Below are positions 36,962 to 46,217 of a DNA stretch of 64,000 nucleotides, in pieces. A program made the position numbers and the translations under genes. Where the stretch lies: IMG/VR virus record IMGVR_UViG_3300028416_000004, positions 124,001 to 188,000 of that record. One strand, given 5' to 3'. A model generated the notes under the pieces. That model searched no databases, was not told the origin of the DNA, and saw only the letters and a list, made by a program, of their open reading frames with translations. Position 1 is the first letter of the stretch, and every line of letters starts with the position of its first letter.

Positions 36962-38110
36962 ATGAAATTAACAAGTAGAGAAAAGTTTTTATTATCAAAT
37001 GGTAGAAATATAGAAACTATAAAATTTTGTAAGAGTTTAAAAGTTCCTCAAAACCACATAGTTTGGTTTGTAGATAAAATAGAAAAAGAAAATTTTTCTA
37101 TTAATTCTGAAGAAGTTAAGAAAAATATACGTTTAGTTGTTAAGCTTTTTAATAAAAATATAAAACTTAAAGAGGATTTAAAAAGTTTAAAACAAGCTTT
37201 TTTTCACGCTTCTCAATTTATAGAGAGTGATGAAAGTGAAAAGAAGAGAATTTTATACACCTTCCCAGATAAAAGTTACATTATTAACTTAACTCCTAAA
37301 GAATTATATTTTGAGGCAAAGTTTATGAGAAACTGCTTAAATGATTTAAGTTCTGAAGTTAGAAGAAAAGATATAGCAATATTATCTTTAAAAGATAAAA
37401 ACTCAAAAACAATATGTCATTTACAAATAGGTAAAAATGGAAATTTAGAACAACATTATGAGTTTGCAAATTCAAATATTACTTTAAAAACTTTAGAGTA
37501 TATAAATGAGTTTTTTGAAAAAAGTGAAGTTTTTGAAGAAAAGTTAAAACAAAATAAAATAAATAAATTATATGATATAAATCAATATGATTTTGATTTT
37601 TCAATTACAAGTAAAATACCTTTTGAAAAAAAAGTTTCACTTTTTGGAGAAGAATTGGATGATAAAGAATTTAATACTATACCTTTAAAGACTTACAATC
37701 AAAATAACTTTTTCGAAAATGACTATAAAAACTTAAATTATGATGAGGTAATTTCTACTCTTAAAGAGATGAAAGAAAATATGATAAAAAGTTTTGAAAA
37801 TATAATTATGCAATTAGAAGTATCTAAAGAAAACTTTTTTATTTTAAATGATGAAATGTATTATAGAATATTTGACAAAAAACAAACAATATTAGAAAGG
37901 TTTAAATGTATAGTAGATTTTCATAAAGAACCTAGAAAAATGCAAGCAGCTTTGAGACCAATCAGACCTTTTGGTGAAGATATTAATGAAGAGTGGGGTG
38001 ATGTAGAATTTGGTGAAGAGGAAGATGTTTTTCTAGTAAATTTTGAAGGAAAAGAAGAAATTATTGAAGAAGAATTTGTAAATTTAAGTAACAATAGAGA
38101 ATTGTTTTAA
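36962..38110 (+). CDS. Hypothetical protein with PcfJ-like motif
   Basis: ELYFEAKFMRNCL...ILSLKD resembles the PcfJ signature. Confidence 0.5.
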   Translation: MKLTSREKFLLSNGRNIETIKFCKSLKVPQNHIVWFVDKIEKENFSINSEEVKKNIRLVVKLFNKNIKLKEDLKSLKQAFFHASQFIESDESEKKRILYTFPDKSYIINLTPKELYFEAKFMRNCLNDLSSEVRRKDIAILSLKDKNSKTICHLQIGKNGNLEQHYEFANSNITLKTLEYINEFFEKSEVFEEKLKQNKINKLYDINQYDFDFSITSKIPFEKKVSLFGEELDDKEFNTIPLKTYNQNNFFENDYKNLNYDEVISTLKEMKENMIKSFENIIMQLEVSKENFFILNDEMYYRIFDKKQTILERFKCIVDFHKEPRKMQAALRPIRPFGEDINEEWGDVEFGEEEDVFLVNFEGKEEIIEEEFVNLSNNRELF

Positions 38111-38167
38111 TTTATTAGCATTTATATAAAAAAAAATATATATTTGTTTAAATAAAAAAAATATAAT

Positions 38168-38668
38168 ATGTCAAAAGTAATAGAAAAAGAATATAAGATA
38201 TTAAAAGTAGATAATAAAAATAAAAACTTTAGAGCTTACACAAAAGAGGTTGTTGAAGATTGGATTCAAAATCAAAAACAAAGTGAAGAGAATGGAGTTA
38301 TAGATGGTTATGAATTGGAATATGCTATAGACAATGAAGAAGAGGGAGTTTTTAGAGATATTTACAATGATTTTATTTTAGATTCTTTAAGTTGTGGTAT
38401 TGTTAGGAATTTAAGAATAGATGATAAAGGATATTTGGTTGGACTTGTTTCTTTTAAGCAACCTGGATTTTGTAATGGTTTGACTGGAGAGATTTATAGT
38501 GAAGAAATTGATTTAGAAAAGTATGCTATAGTTCCAAAAGGAAAAGGTTCAGTTAAAAATCAAGAGGTTCAAAGTGATTATGAACTATATGGTTTTAATT
38601 TAATAATGAAAGAAGAATCTTCTTTTTATTATGAAGATGAAGTAGAAAATATTAATATAACAAAATAA
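38168..38668 (+). CDS. Hypothetical protein
   Basis: 166-aa ORF; TATATTTG at 38139-38146 upstream. NKNFRAY and VPKGKGSV faintly echo prohead-protease motifs. Confidence 0.55.
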   Translation: MSKVIEKEYKILKVDNKNKNFRAYTKEVVEDWIQNQKQSEENGVIDGYELEYAIDNEEEGVFRDIYNDFILDSLSCGIVRNLRIDDKGYLVGLVSFKQPGFCNGLTGEIYSEEIDLEKYAIVPKGKGSVKNQEVQSDYELYGFNLIMKEESSFYYEDEVENINITK

Positions 38669-38673
38669 AAAAT

Positions 38674-39348
38674 ATGAAAAATAAAAAAGTATTAGCAATA
38701 GGAATAGATGGGACAATAAGAGATGTTTTCACTCAATTTGACAATTGGTACAGAAGAACTTTTATAAAAAATGATTCTCTTGTACAGATGGATGACAATT
38801 TTAATTATGTAGAATCTCCAGAAGAAACTGAAGAAGATATTTTAGAGATACAAAGACAGATTGATGAAAAAATAAATTTACCATTAGATACTTTTGATTT
38901 ATTAAATCATTATTTTTTTGAAAATAGAGAGGATTTAGAGAAATTTATGTATAATGATTTTTCATTTCAAATTTTTGGCTCTTCTCAGTGCTTTCCAAAA
39001 TCTATGGATTCAGTAAATTTTTTACAAATTTTTGGAGAAGTATCAAAAATGTTTGATGTAGTATTGTTTGCAAAGTGTAAAGATGCTTCTATTATTTCGA
39101 CTTATCATTTCTTAGCTAAAAATGCTTGTAAGGTAAAAAATGTAAAATTTATTGAAGATTATAAAGATGTTTGGGAATTTGCTGATGTTGCTATTAGTGA
39201 TTCTCCTGAAGTTTTTGAGTCTAAACCTAATGATAAGATTTCAATAAAAATCAATCATATGTATAATTCTTATTCTCAATCAGATTATTCATTTGATTCT
39301 ATAAATGATATAAAAAATGAAAAATTTATAAAAAATTTATTTGAATAA
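38674..39348 (+). CDS. HAD-fold 5'-nucleotidase-like protein (degenerate)
   Basis: VLAIGIDGTIRD (first catalytic Asp replaced by Gly), DV.ISDSP, I...YN. Confidence 0.6.
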   Translation: MKNKKVLAIGIDGTIRDVFTQFDNWYRRTFIKNDSLVQMDDNFNYVESPEETEEDILEIQRQIDEKINLPLDTFDLLNHYFFENREDLEKFMYNDFSFQIFGSSQCFPKSMDSVNFLQIFGEVSKMFDVVLFAKCKDASIISTYHFLAKNACKVKNVKFIEDYKDVWEFADVAISDSPEVFESKPNDKISIKINHMYNSYSQSDYSFDSINDIKNEKFIKNLFE

Positions 39349-39368
39349 GTATTTAAATTGAATTTAAG

Positions 39369-39399
39369 AAAAGTCTCAATTATTTGAGGCTTTTTTTTT
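39369..39399 (+). terminator. Intrinsic terminator
   Basis: AAAAGTCTCAA-TTAT-TTGAGGC followed by T9. Confidence 0.75.
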
Positions 39400-39465
39400 G
39401 TTTAAAGTTTACTTTTATGATTTAAGTACTATATTACATTTATAAATAAAAAATTAATTAATAAT

Positions 39466-40674
39466 ATGGAAACAGTTTCTCAACAAATTTCAGAAGAAGA
39501 AATGTTAAAACAAAGAGAAAAAGCAATTTCAAGTCTTATTTCTAAAATAGAAAAAGAAGAAAATACAGTATATATATACTGTCCTGCTATGAACACTCCT
39601 AGTGGAGGTATCTCTGTTTTATTCGAACACGCAAAAATATTAAAAGATGCTGGAAAAAGTGTGGCAATCATTTATGAACCACAACAAAATAATAAAGCAT
39701 CATTAGAAGCTACTCAAAAAGCTAGATTAAAAGGTGCTAAAGACCCAGTAATTATTTTTGATAAATTTAACCCAACTTGGTTAGGTGATTTAAAAGAAGA
39801 AATTGATGTTAGATGTTTAGCTGAAGGAGTTCTTACTTATACTGATGGAACGACTGAAACAGTAGAATCATTAAAAATGAATCCAGAAGACATCTTAATT
39901 ATACCTGAAGGATTTCCTAATATTATGGAAAACACTTCTCAATTACCTTGTAGAAGAGTTGTTATGGCTCAAAGTTGGTATTATGTTTTATCTGGTATGA
40001 AGGTTGGTCAAAAATGGCAACACTTTGGAATTAAAGATGTAATTTCTGTTTCAGATGGTATTACAGAATATTTAAATACTATTATGCCAGGTTTAAATAT
40101 TAAAAATTATAAACAAGGTATTGATAGAAAATTGTTTAATGTCCCAGAAAAAATTTCTGATAAAGCTCCAATGATTTCCTATATGCCTGGTAGAGGGCCA
40201 GAGTCTCAAATGAAAACTAATACTGTTATTAGAACATTTTATGAATTTTATCCACATTATAGATGGATTCGTTTCGCTCCTCTTCAAGGTTTAACTAAAG
40301 AACAATTTGCACAACAGTTAAAAAATTCTGCTATCGCATTATATACTGATGAAGTTGCTGGATTTGGTACATTACCTTTAGAAGCTATGGCTAGCGGTAC
40401 TCACGTTGTTGGTTGGACTCCTTTTGGAAGTAAAGAATATGTGAATGAAAAAAATGGATTTTGGGCTGTTAACGGAGATGTTTTCCAATTGGCTGAATTG
40501 ATTGGTATGGCTTTGGATAGATATTTTTCTGGAGTTTTAGATTCAGAAGAAATTCAAAAAGAATACGAAAGAACAATTTCAGAGTATACAAGAGAAAAAG
40601 AAGTAGAATCTGTATTAAATATTTATAACACTATTAAAAATGAAAGAATTGAAGAATTTAGAAACCTTAAATAA
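39466..40674 (+). CDS. Glycosyltransferase (GT-B, GT4-like)
   Basis: PSGG...LFEHA..L, DILIIPE, GID..LF, GFGTLPLEAMASG..VVG. Confidence 0.85.
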   Translation: METVSQQISEEEMLKQREKAISSLISKIEKEENTVYIYCPAMNTPSGGISVLFEHAKILKDAGKSVAIIYEPQQNNKASLEATQKARLKGAKDPVIIFDKFNPTWLGDLKEEIDVRCLAEGVLTYTDGTTETVESLKMNPEDILIIPEGFPNIMENTSQLPCRRVVMAQSWYYVLSGMKVGQKWQHFGIKDVISVSDGITEYLNTIMPGLNIKNYKQGIDRKLFNVPEKISDKAPMISYMPGRGPESQMKTNTVIRTFYEFYPHYRWIRFAPLQGLTKEQFAQQLKNSAIALYTDEVAGFGTLPLEAMASGTHVVGWTPFGSKEYVNEKNGFWAVNGDVFQLAELIGMALDRYFSGVLDSEEIQKEYERTISEYTREKEVESVLNIYNTIKNERIEEFRNLK

Positions 40675-41590
40675 TAAAAATTTATTAGTTGTATTACCAA
40701 TTAATAAAATTGAAGAAGAAACTTTAAGTGAATCTTTATATAATTTAGCAGAACAAACAAATCCTACGGATGTTTTGATTTTAGTTTCTGAAAATTTAGA
40801 AAAAGATACTTTAGAAAAAATTTCTGAAATAGCTAACAAACCTTATAAAAGAGCTTTTGAAACAGATGATAAAGGAAATCCTTTAACAAAAACTTTAACT
40901 TCAGAAAAAACATTGAACTTTGCTATTCAGACAACTACATCAACTAGTTTTAACTCTGTTTTTAACGATGCTTTTAATATTGCTAACGAAAATGGATATA
41001 AGTGGTTTTCTGTAATTGATAAAGATGATGTTGTTGAAGAAAGTTGGGTCTATAATTTTGATAGATTCTCTACTGAAAAAGAAGACGTATCTGTATTTTT
41101 CCCAATTGTAAGACAAGTTTCAGCTGGAAATATGACTGGACATTTAAATGAAGCTACTTGGCTTGAAGGTAAAGTTGAAGTTTCTGGGCAAGCTGACTTA
41201 CAATTATTAATGTCTTGGAATTGCTTATCACCAACAGGTTGTATGTTGAAAGTTGAAGATATTAAAGAATACAGTGAAGAAAGAGAAGGTAAATATTATC
41301 CTTTTAAGGAAAATATGAGTATCGCTTCTTCATATGAATTTTTCTTAAGAATGATTTATGAAGATTTAAAAACTTATACTATTCCAAGATATGGTTATCA
41401 AATGAGAATGGATGTTAATAGCTCAACTTTTGATAGATTCTCTTCAAAAATCCCTTCAAATATAACTACAATATCTAAGGAAAATGGAGGTTTGACTGCT
41501 AAAGAGATTGGCTTTTGGATGGAACAAGCTAAAAGTGAATACTTTATGTCTGAAGATAGAGAAATAGAATACGAAGAAACAACCGCCTAA
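40640..41590 (+). CDS. GT-A-fold glycosyltransferase-like protein
   Basis: VVLPI, SL..Q, WFSVIDKDD, YEFFLR...TIPRYGY. Confidence 0.6.
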   Translation: MKELKNLETLNNKNLLVVLPINKIEEETLSESLYNLAEQTNPTDVLILVSENLEKDTLEKISEIANKPYKRAFETDDKGNPLTKTLTSEKTLNFAIQTTTSTSFNSVFNDAFNIANENGYKWFSVIDKDDVVEESWVYNFDRFSTEKEDVSVFFPIVRQVSAGNMTGHLNEATWLEGKVEVSGQADLQLLMSWNCLSPTGCMLKVEDIKEYSEEREGKYYPFKENMSIASSYEFFLRMIYEDLKTYTIPRYGYQMRMDVNSSTFDRFSSKIPSNITTISKENGGLTAKEIGFWMEQAKSEYFMSEDREIEYEETTA

Positions 41591-41597
41591 TAAAAAT

Positions 41598-41627
41598 AAA
41601 AGGCAACCTCTTAAAAAGGTTGCCTTT
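41598..41627 (+). terminator. Hairpin/terminator
   Basis: AAAGGCAACCT...AGGTTGCCTTT. Confidence 0.65.
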
Positions 41628-41717
41628 AAATTTTCAAACAAAACATGAGACGTAAAAATTGTACAAATCATTTACGTATAAAAAAGTAAATGTCCTAAAA
41701 AATAAAAAAAATGAAAA

Positions 41718-42602
41718 ATGCCAGGGCAAAATTTAAAATCTTTAAGTGAATTAAAGTTTGAATCAATAGGAGAAGAATTTTTGTATTTACATAAAAATAT
41801 TACAAAATACAATCCAGAATTTGAACAAGAAAATGACGATAAAAAAGAATTAACAATTGAATTCCTTAGAGAAGAATATTCTAGAATTGTCAATGAAGAA
41901 GAAGTCGAAGAAAAGTATGAAAAAAACTCTGTATATTGGAGTGTAGAACAAGAAAGAGCTATAGCTAATTTTATAAAAGAGAAAGATAATATCAAAAAAG
42001 AAAAAATTTTTAGAGAAGATATTTATAAATCTTTAAAAAAATTAGTTGAAAACATTATATTTACCTATAAACTTTTTCGTTCTGATATAGAAATAAGAGA
42101 GTTACAAGAGGATTGTATGTCTTTTTTAATAACAAAAATGGATAGGTATGACCCCTCAAAAGGTGCGAGAGCCTTTGCTTTTTTCGGTACTATTGCTAAG
42201 CATTATTTAATGGGTGAAAAGAAAATCTCTTATAAAAATACACAAAGTAACATAAGTATAGAAAATTCATCAGCTGAAGTAAATTTAGGAGAAGATAGTG
42301 AAGAAAAGAAAATGGATTTAGAGTCTGAAAAGATTAATAATGTAGTTTTTAGAGAGACAATAAAAAAATTAGAAGAAGAATTAATAAATCCTAAAATTTT
42401 ACCAAATGACAAAAAGGTAATGGAGGCTATAATTTTTATATTTAATAGACATGAAGTAATTAATATTTACAATAAAAATTTATTGTATCATTTAATTAAG
42501 GAAAGAACAGATTTACAAACAAAAGAAATAACTTATTCTTTAACTAGAATAAGAAATATGTATAAAAACTTTAAAGAAGATTTTTTAAGAGGATTAAATT
42601 AG
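41718..42602 (+). CDS. Late-transcription sigma factor (T4 gp55-like)
   Basis: YW...QERAI, KLVENII, ELQEDCMSFL..KMDRYDPSKG.RAFAFFGTIAKHYL (sigma region 2). Confidence 0.75.
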   Translation: MPGQNLKSLSELKFESIGEEFLYLHKNITKYNPEFEQENDDKKELTIEFLREEYSRIVNEEEVEEKYEKNSVYWSVEQERAIANFIKEKDNIKKEKIFREDIYKSLKKLVENIIFTYKLFRSDIEIRELQEDCMSFLITKMDRYDPSKGARAFAFFGTIAKHYLMGEKKISYKNTQSNISIENSSAEVNLGEDSEEKKMDLESEKINNVVFRETIKKLEEELINPKILPNDKKVMEAIIFIFNRHEVINIYNKNLLYHLIKERTDLQTKEITYSLTRIRNMYKNFKEDFLRGLN

Positions 42603-42643
42603 TTATTTTTTTTGTTAAATATATTTATTAATAAATTAAAAGT

Positions 42644-43003
42644 ATGGAAAATCAAGGTGATACAAATAATTTAGAAGATATGTTTCGAAAATTATTAGAT
42701 AAATCTCTTAAAAATATGGAAGAAGAAAGAGATTTATCTTTAGAGAGATATAGAAGACAAGATGAAACTATAGTTAGTCCAGAAGATTTTGTTTTGCAAG
42801 GTAAATTTGCAGTTGATTATTTAAAAGTTGCTGCTGAACGTTCTAATTCGATGCTTTCTGTAGCAAAAATGATAAAGGATATAATTTATAAAGATGGTTC
42901 AAATCCAGATTCTTCATTATCTTCTAACGGAATGCCTAATGATGATATGAAAAAAGAAATTTTTAAATATATAAACGGTAATAAAAATAAAAGTGCTGAA
43001 TAA
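42644..43003 (+). CDS. Hypothetical helical protein
   Basis: 119 aa; late-type motif upstream. Size and helicity fit a small terminase, but no diagnostic motif. Confidence 0.5.
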   Translation: MENQGDTNNLEDMFRKLLDKSLKNMEEERDLSLERYRRQDETIVSPEDFVLQGKFAVDYLKVAAERSNSMLSVAKMIKDIIYKDGSNPDSSLSSNGMPNDDMKKEIFKYINGNKNKSAE

Positions 43004-43011
43004 ATTAAATT

Positions 43012-45603
43012 ATGCCATTTAAAAAACCTTTAAATTCACTATTAACAGAAAGTCAAAATAAAGCACTTTCTAAATTAAATTCGCTTAACACTTATGTTAC
43101 AGCACCTAAAATTCAATTTCCAAATTTAAAGAAAAGTCAACAAATAAGCACTTTTGATTTATCAACTAAATTTTTAGATGCAATATCTGGGCCAGGTACT
43201 ACTGATGCTGTTATGAATCAGTTTTTAAGGAAAGTTTTTGCTACTTATGGTGAAAATGAATTTTTATTAGAAGACATAATTATAAAAGGTTTAGCTAAAT
43301 CTTTAGATGTAAGACAAATTAATTTAGCTCCACAAGTAAAAGATACTACAGTTTCAGATTCATCTGATTCAAATTCTTCTACACAAGAATTGACTAATGT
43401 TGTAGAGTATGAATTTTCTGAATTTCAAGTAAATGGAGCTAGGTATGCAAATGTTTATAGTAATATACCAGATAGACTTCCTACTGTAAAAGTAACAAAA
43501 TTTTCAGCAGATACTCAGATTACAGTTGATGAATTTATAAAAAAAGTAAAAACAGAATTTAATAATGTTGGTTACTATTCAGAAGAGTTTGACATTAACT
43601 ATCCACCTACTGGAACTTTAAAAGCAGAAGTTCCTTATCTGTATGGAGATGTGTCTGGGAATATTAAATCTTTAAGTGAAGACAAATCCTTAAATGGTGC
43701 AAAAATAGAAATTGTTGGAGCTAATCCGCCTTTGGAATTACTTTCTGATGAAAGTGGTAATTATTTAATAAAGAAATTGAAATCAGGAACCTATGTTCTT
43801 AAAGCGTCTTTAGATGGATATAAAGAAGCTTTAAATAACATAGAAATTGATAAAAATAAAAATATAGAAAATATATTAAATTTTGAATTAGAAATTGATA
43901 GTAGTTTTTCTGGAAATAGTCAATCTTATAGTACTGGTGTTACTAATTCTAATTCAAGTGGAAATACTGAAAATTTAGTATATAGTTACAGTTTAGTTGC
44001 AGAACCTTTAACTTATGAATTTAAAAAACAAAAAATACCTGCAAATGCAACAAGAGTTGAAGATATTACTAGTTTAATTTTAACTGTTACTAATAATAAA
44101 GGTCTCCCAACTGCATCTATAACAATTGGACCAATAGATGGTGATGAATTTGTTGATTATCAATCTTTAGATGATAAATATTATGATTGGGTAAGTGACT
44201 TTTCTGACTCTAATGAATTAGTTGTAGATGGAGTTACATATCCTGGAAATACTGATTCGAATTATGTATTTTTAGTTACAAATAATGCTAGTTTACCAAG
44301 TTATAAATATGTTGATAATGCAGATTTATCAGAAAGCTACATTGAAGTCTTCCTAAGATTTGATGATAGCTTAAATGAAGAAAGAGTTATAAGTGGAACA
44401 ACTTATCCACCTCAAGGTGCTGAATTTGTCCCTACCCAATCAAATGTTGGTTCTTCTACGTTTATACCAAATCAAGACTCAACTGATTCAAATAACACAT
44501 CAAATCAAACTGTTGGAGTTATAGAATCAGATATTCAAATTGATGAAAATTTATTATTAACAAGCTTAAGTTCTGTAACTGAGGATTTTAGGAATCAAAT
44601 AATAAACACATTTTCATTTAGAGTAAATCCAGATGATATAGGATTAACAAATGAACAATATCTAACAAAATACTTAAGACCTTCATTATCAATGGGTAAA
44701 AGAGCTTTAGTTGCTCAAATTATAAAAATGATTTTTGGACCTAAAGAAAAAATAAACCCAGACTCAGAAGTTCAAGAAAAACTATTAAATGCTGCTGCTT
44801 GTGGAGAAAAGATGTATTCTATTTCTAATAATCCAGGAGTAACTGAACAAGAATTAGAATATAATAGAGTTGAACTAAAAAGACAGTTAGAGGCTGGAAA
44901 AATTGAATTAATAGTTTCTTGTCAAAAAGTTGAAATAAGCTTACCAGAAAATTTTGAAGATGAATTTGATTTAGTTTCTTCTGAAGACTTAGGAATATCT
45001 GAAAGCCAAAGACCTAATCCAGCAGAATCTTTTACATTATTAAATAATTATGTAAAATCAGAAATGCAAAGACAAAGAAATGAAGAAGATTCTACACAAG
45101 TAAAACAAAGTTTTTTTCAAATAGTTATTGAAAAAATAATGCAATATATAAGTGTTTCTTTATCTGTTAGTCCTGAAATGAATCAAGTATTTGGTGTTAT
45201 AAATGCTGAGTTAATAAAAACTGGACAAGAACCTTTGAGCTCTAAAGAAATTTTATCAAGTCCTTGTGAAATTTGTGAATCTTGTAAAAGTGGAAATGAA
45301 AAAGATTTTGAGCAAAAATCAGCATTTTCTAAGAGTATAATAAATTCTTTATATTCTATCGTTTTATCTATGCTTATAAGAAGGTTAGTTTCTGAAGCTA
45401 AATCAAAAATAGCAAAATTAATACAAGAAAAAGCAAAAGAGAAAATCTTAAAATTAATAAAGAGACAAAAAGAACAATTTGACTTTTTAAAGAAAATTCA
45501 AAACGCTTCTGAAAAAGTTAGTAAAGCAACAGAATATAAAGAAAGGTTAAATTCTAGTGGATTAAAAGATGTTTTTAATTTTAGAAAAGAAGATAATCAA
45601 TAA
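43012..45603 (+). CDS. Large virion protein with carboxypeptidase-regulatory-like (Ig) domain
   Basis: VSGNIKS...LNGAKIEIVG...SDESGNYLIKKLKSGTYVLKASLDGY; baseplate region. Confidence 0.6.
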   Translation: MPFKKPLNSLLTESQNKALSKLNSLNTYVTAPKIQFPNLKKSQQISTFDLSTKFLDAISGPGTTDAVMNQFLRKVFATYGENEFLLEDIIIKGLAKSLDVRQINLAPQVKDTTVSDSSDSNSSTQELTNVVEYEFSEFQVNGARYANVYSNIPDRLPTVKVTKFSADTQITVDEFIKKVKTEFNNVGYYSEEFDINYPPTGTLKAEVPYLYGDVSGNIKSLSEDKSLNGAKIEIVGANPPLELLSDESGNYLIKKLKSGTYVLKASLDGYKEALNNIEIDKNKNIENILNFELEIDSSFSGNSQSYSTGVTNSNSSGNTENLVYSYSLVAEPLTYEFKKQKIPANATRVEDITSLILTVTNNKGLPTASITIGPIDGDEFVDYQSLDDKYYDWVSDFSDSNELVVDGVTYPGNTDSNYVFLVTNNASLPSYKYVDNADLSESYIEVFLRFDDSLNEERVISGTTYPPQGAEFVPTQSNVGSSTFIPNQDSTDSNNTSNQTVGVIESDIQIDENLLLTSLSSVTEDFRNQIINTFSFRVNPDDIGLTNEQYLTKYLRPSLSMGKRALVAQIIKMIFGPKEKINPDSEVQEKLLNAAACGEKMYSISNNPGVTEQELEYNRVELKRQLEAGKIELIVSCQKVEISLPENFEDEFDLVSSEDLGISESQRPNPAESFTLLNNYVKSEMQRQRNEEDSTQVKQSFFQIVIEKIMQYISVSLSVSPEMNQVFGVINAELIKTGQEPLSSKEILSSPCEICESCKSGNEKDFEQKSAFSKSIINSLYSIVLSMLIRRLVSEAKSKIAKLIQEKAKEKILKLIKRQKEQFDFLKKIQNASEKVSKATEYKERLNSSGLKDVFNFRKEDNQ

Positions 45604-45629
45604 TTTATTTAAATTTAATATTTATAAAT

Positions 45630-46046
45630 ATGGGTTGTATAAAAGTTGATGATAAATTACAAAAATCTGAAGAGCTTTCTAAGTTTTTACTTTTTTTGTT
45701 TAAAGAGAATAGAGTAAAAATACCTAAGTTTAGTTTGTTTCAAATATTACTATCTAAATTTAGACCAGGCTTAGATAGTGATTCTATAAGTTCTGAAATT
45801 ATATCAAAATTTGAAAAAATAGGAATTCCAACTGGACCTTTAGAGAATGGAACTCCAAATGTAATGGAAGAATATACTAAGCTTGTAACTAATGAAATAG
45901 TTGATGCTATTCAAAATGATATGAGAGTTGATATTGCGGTAGATTCAGGTATGAATGTTATATCTAGTGGAGCGAATGGAGGGGGTCCTCTTGTTGCAAC
46001 TGGTGCTAATGTTGCACCTCATAGTGGAAGTGGATTAGCTACATAA
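45630..46046 (+). CDS. Putative baseplate/tail protein
   Basis: RPGL, GIPTGP..NGTPN, Gly-rich C-terminus (GANGGGP); precedes the gp5-like gene. Confidence 0.5.
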   Translation: MGCIKVDDKLQKSEELSKFLLFLFKENRVKIPKFSLFQILLSKFRPGLDSDSISSEIISKFEKIGIPTGPLENGTPNVMEEYTKLVTNEIVDAIQNDMRVDIAVDSGMNVISSGANGGGPLVATGANVAPHSGSGLAT

Positions 46047-46051
46047 ATATT

Positions 46052-46213
46052 ATGGAAGAGGTAACAAAAAGAAGTAAAACTCAAATTTTAAGAGAAATTC
46101 AAGAAACTGTAGATGAATTTTTACAAAAAAAACAATTAGTTGAAAGTTTACTTGAAGAAATTGATAATTTAGAGTTAAAATATTATGAACTTCAAAAAGA
46201 AATAAAAAAATAA
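46052..46213 (+). CDS. Small coiled-coil protein (53 aa)
   Basis: Not in the ORF track: MEEVTKRSKTQILREIQETVDEFLQKKQLVESLLEEIDNLELKYYELQKEIKK exactly fills the gap. Confidence 0.65.
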   Translation: MEEVTKRSKTQILREIQETVDEFLQKKQLVESLLEEIDNLELKYYELQKEIKK

Positions 46214-46217
46214 TAAA

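Noticed and set aside
22771-41590. Glycosyltransferases as T4-style DNA glucosyltransferases
   Set aside because: No hydroxymethylase or other base-modification gene is in the window, and the families (GT10, GT25, sulfotransferase, FkbM) fit glycan chains better. Not formally excluded.
42644-43003. Small terminase subunit
   Set aside because: Only size and helicity fit; there is no diagnostic motif or adjacent terL, so it is left as hypothetical.
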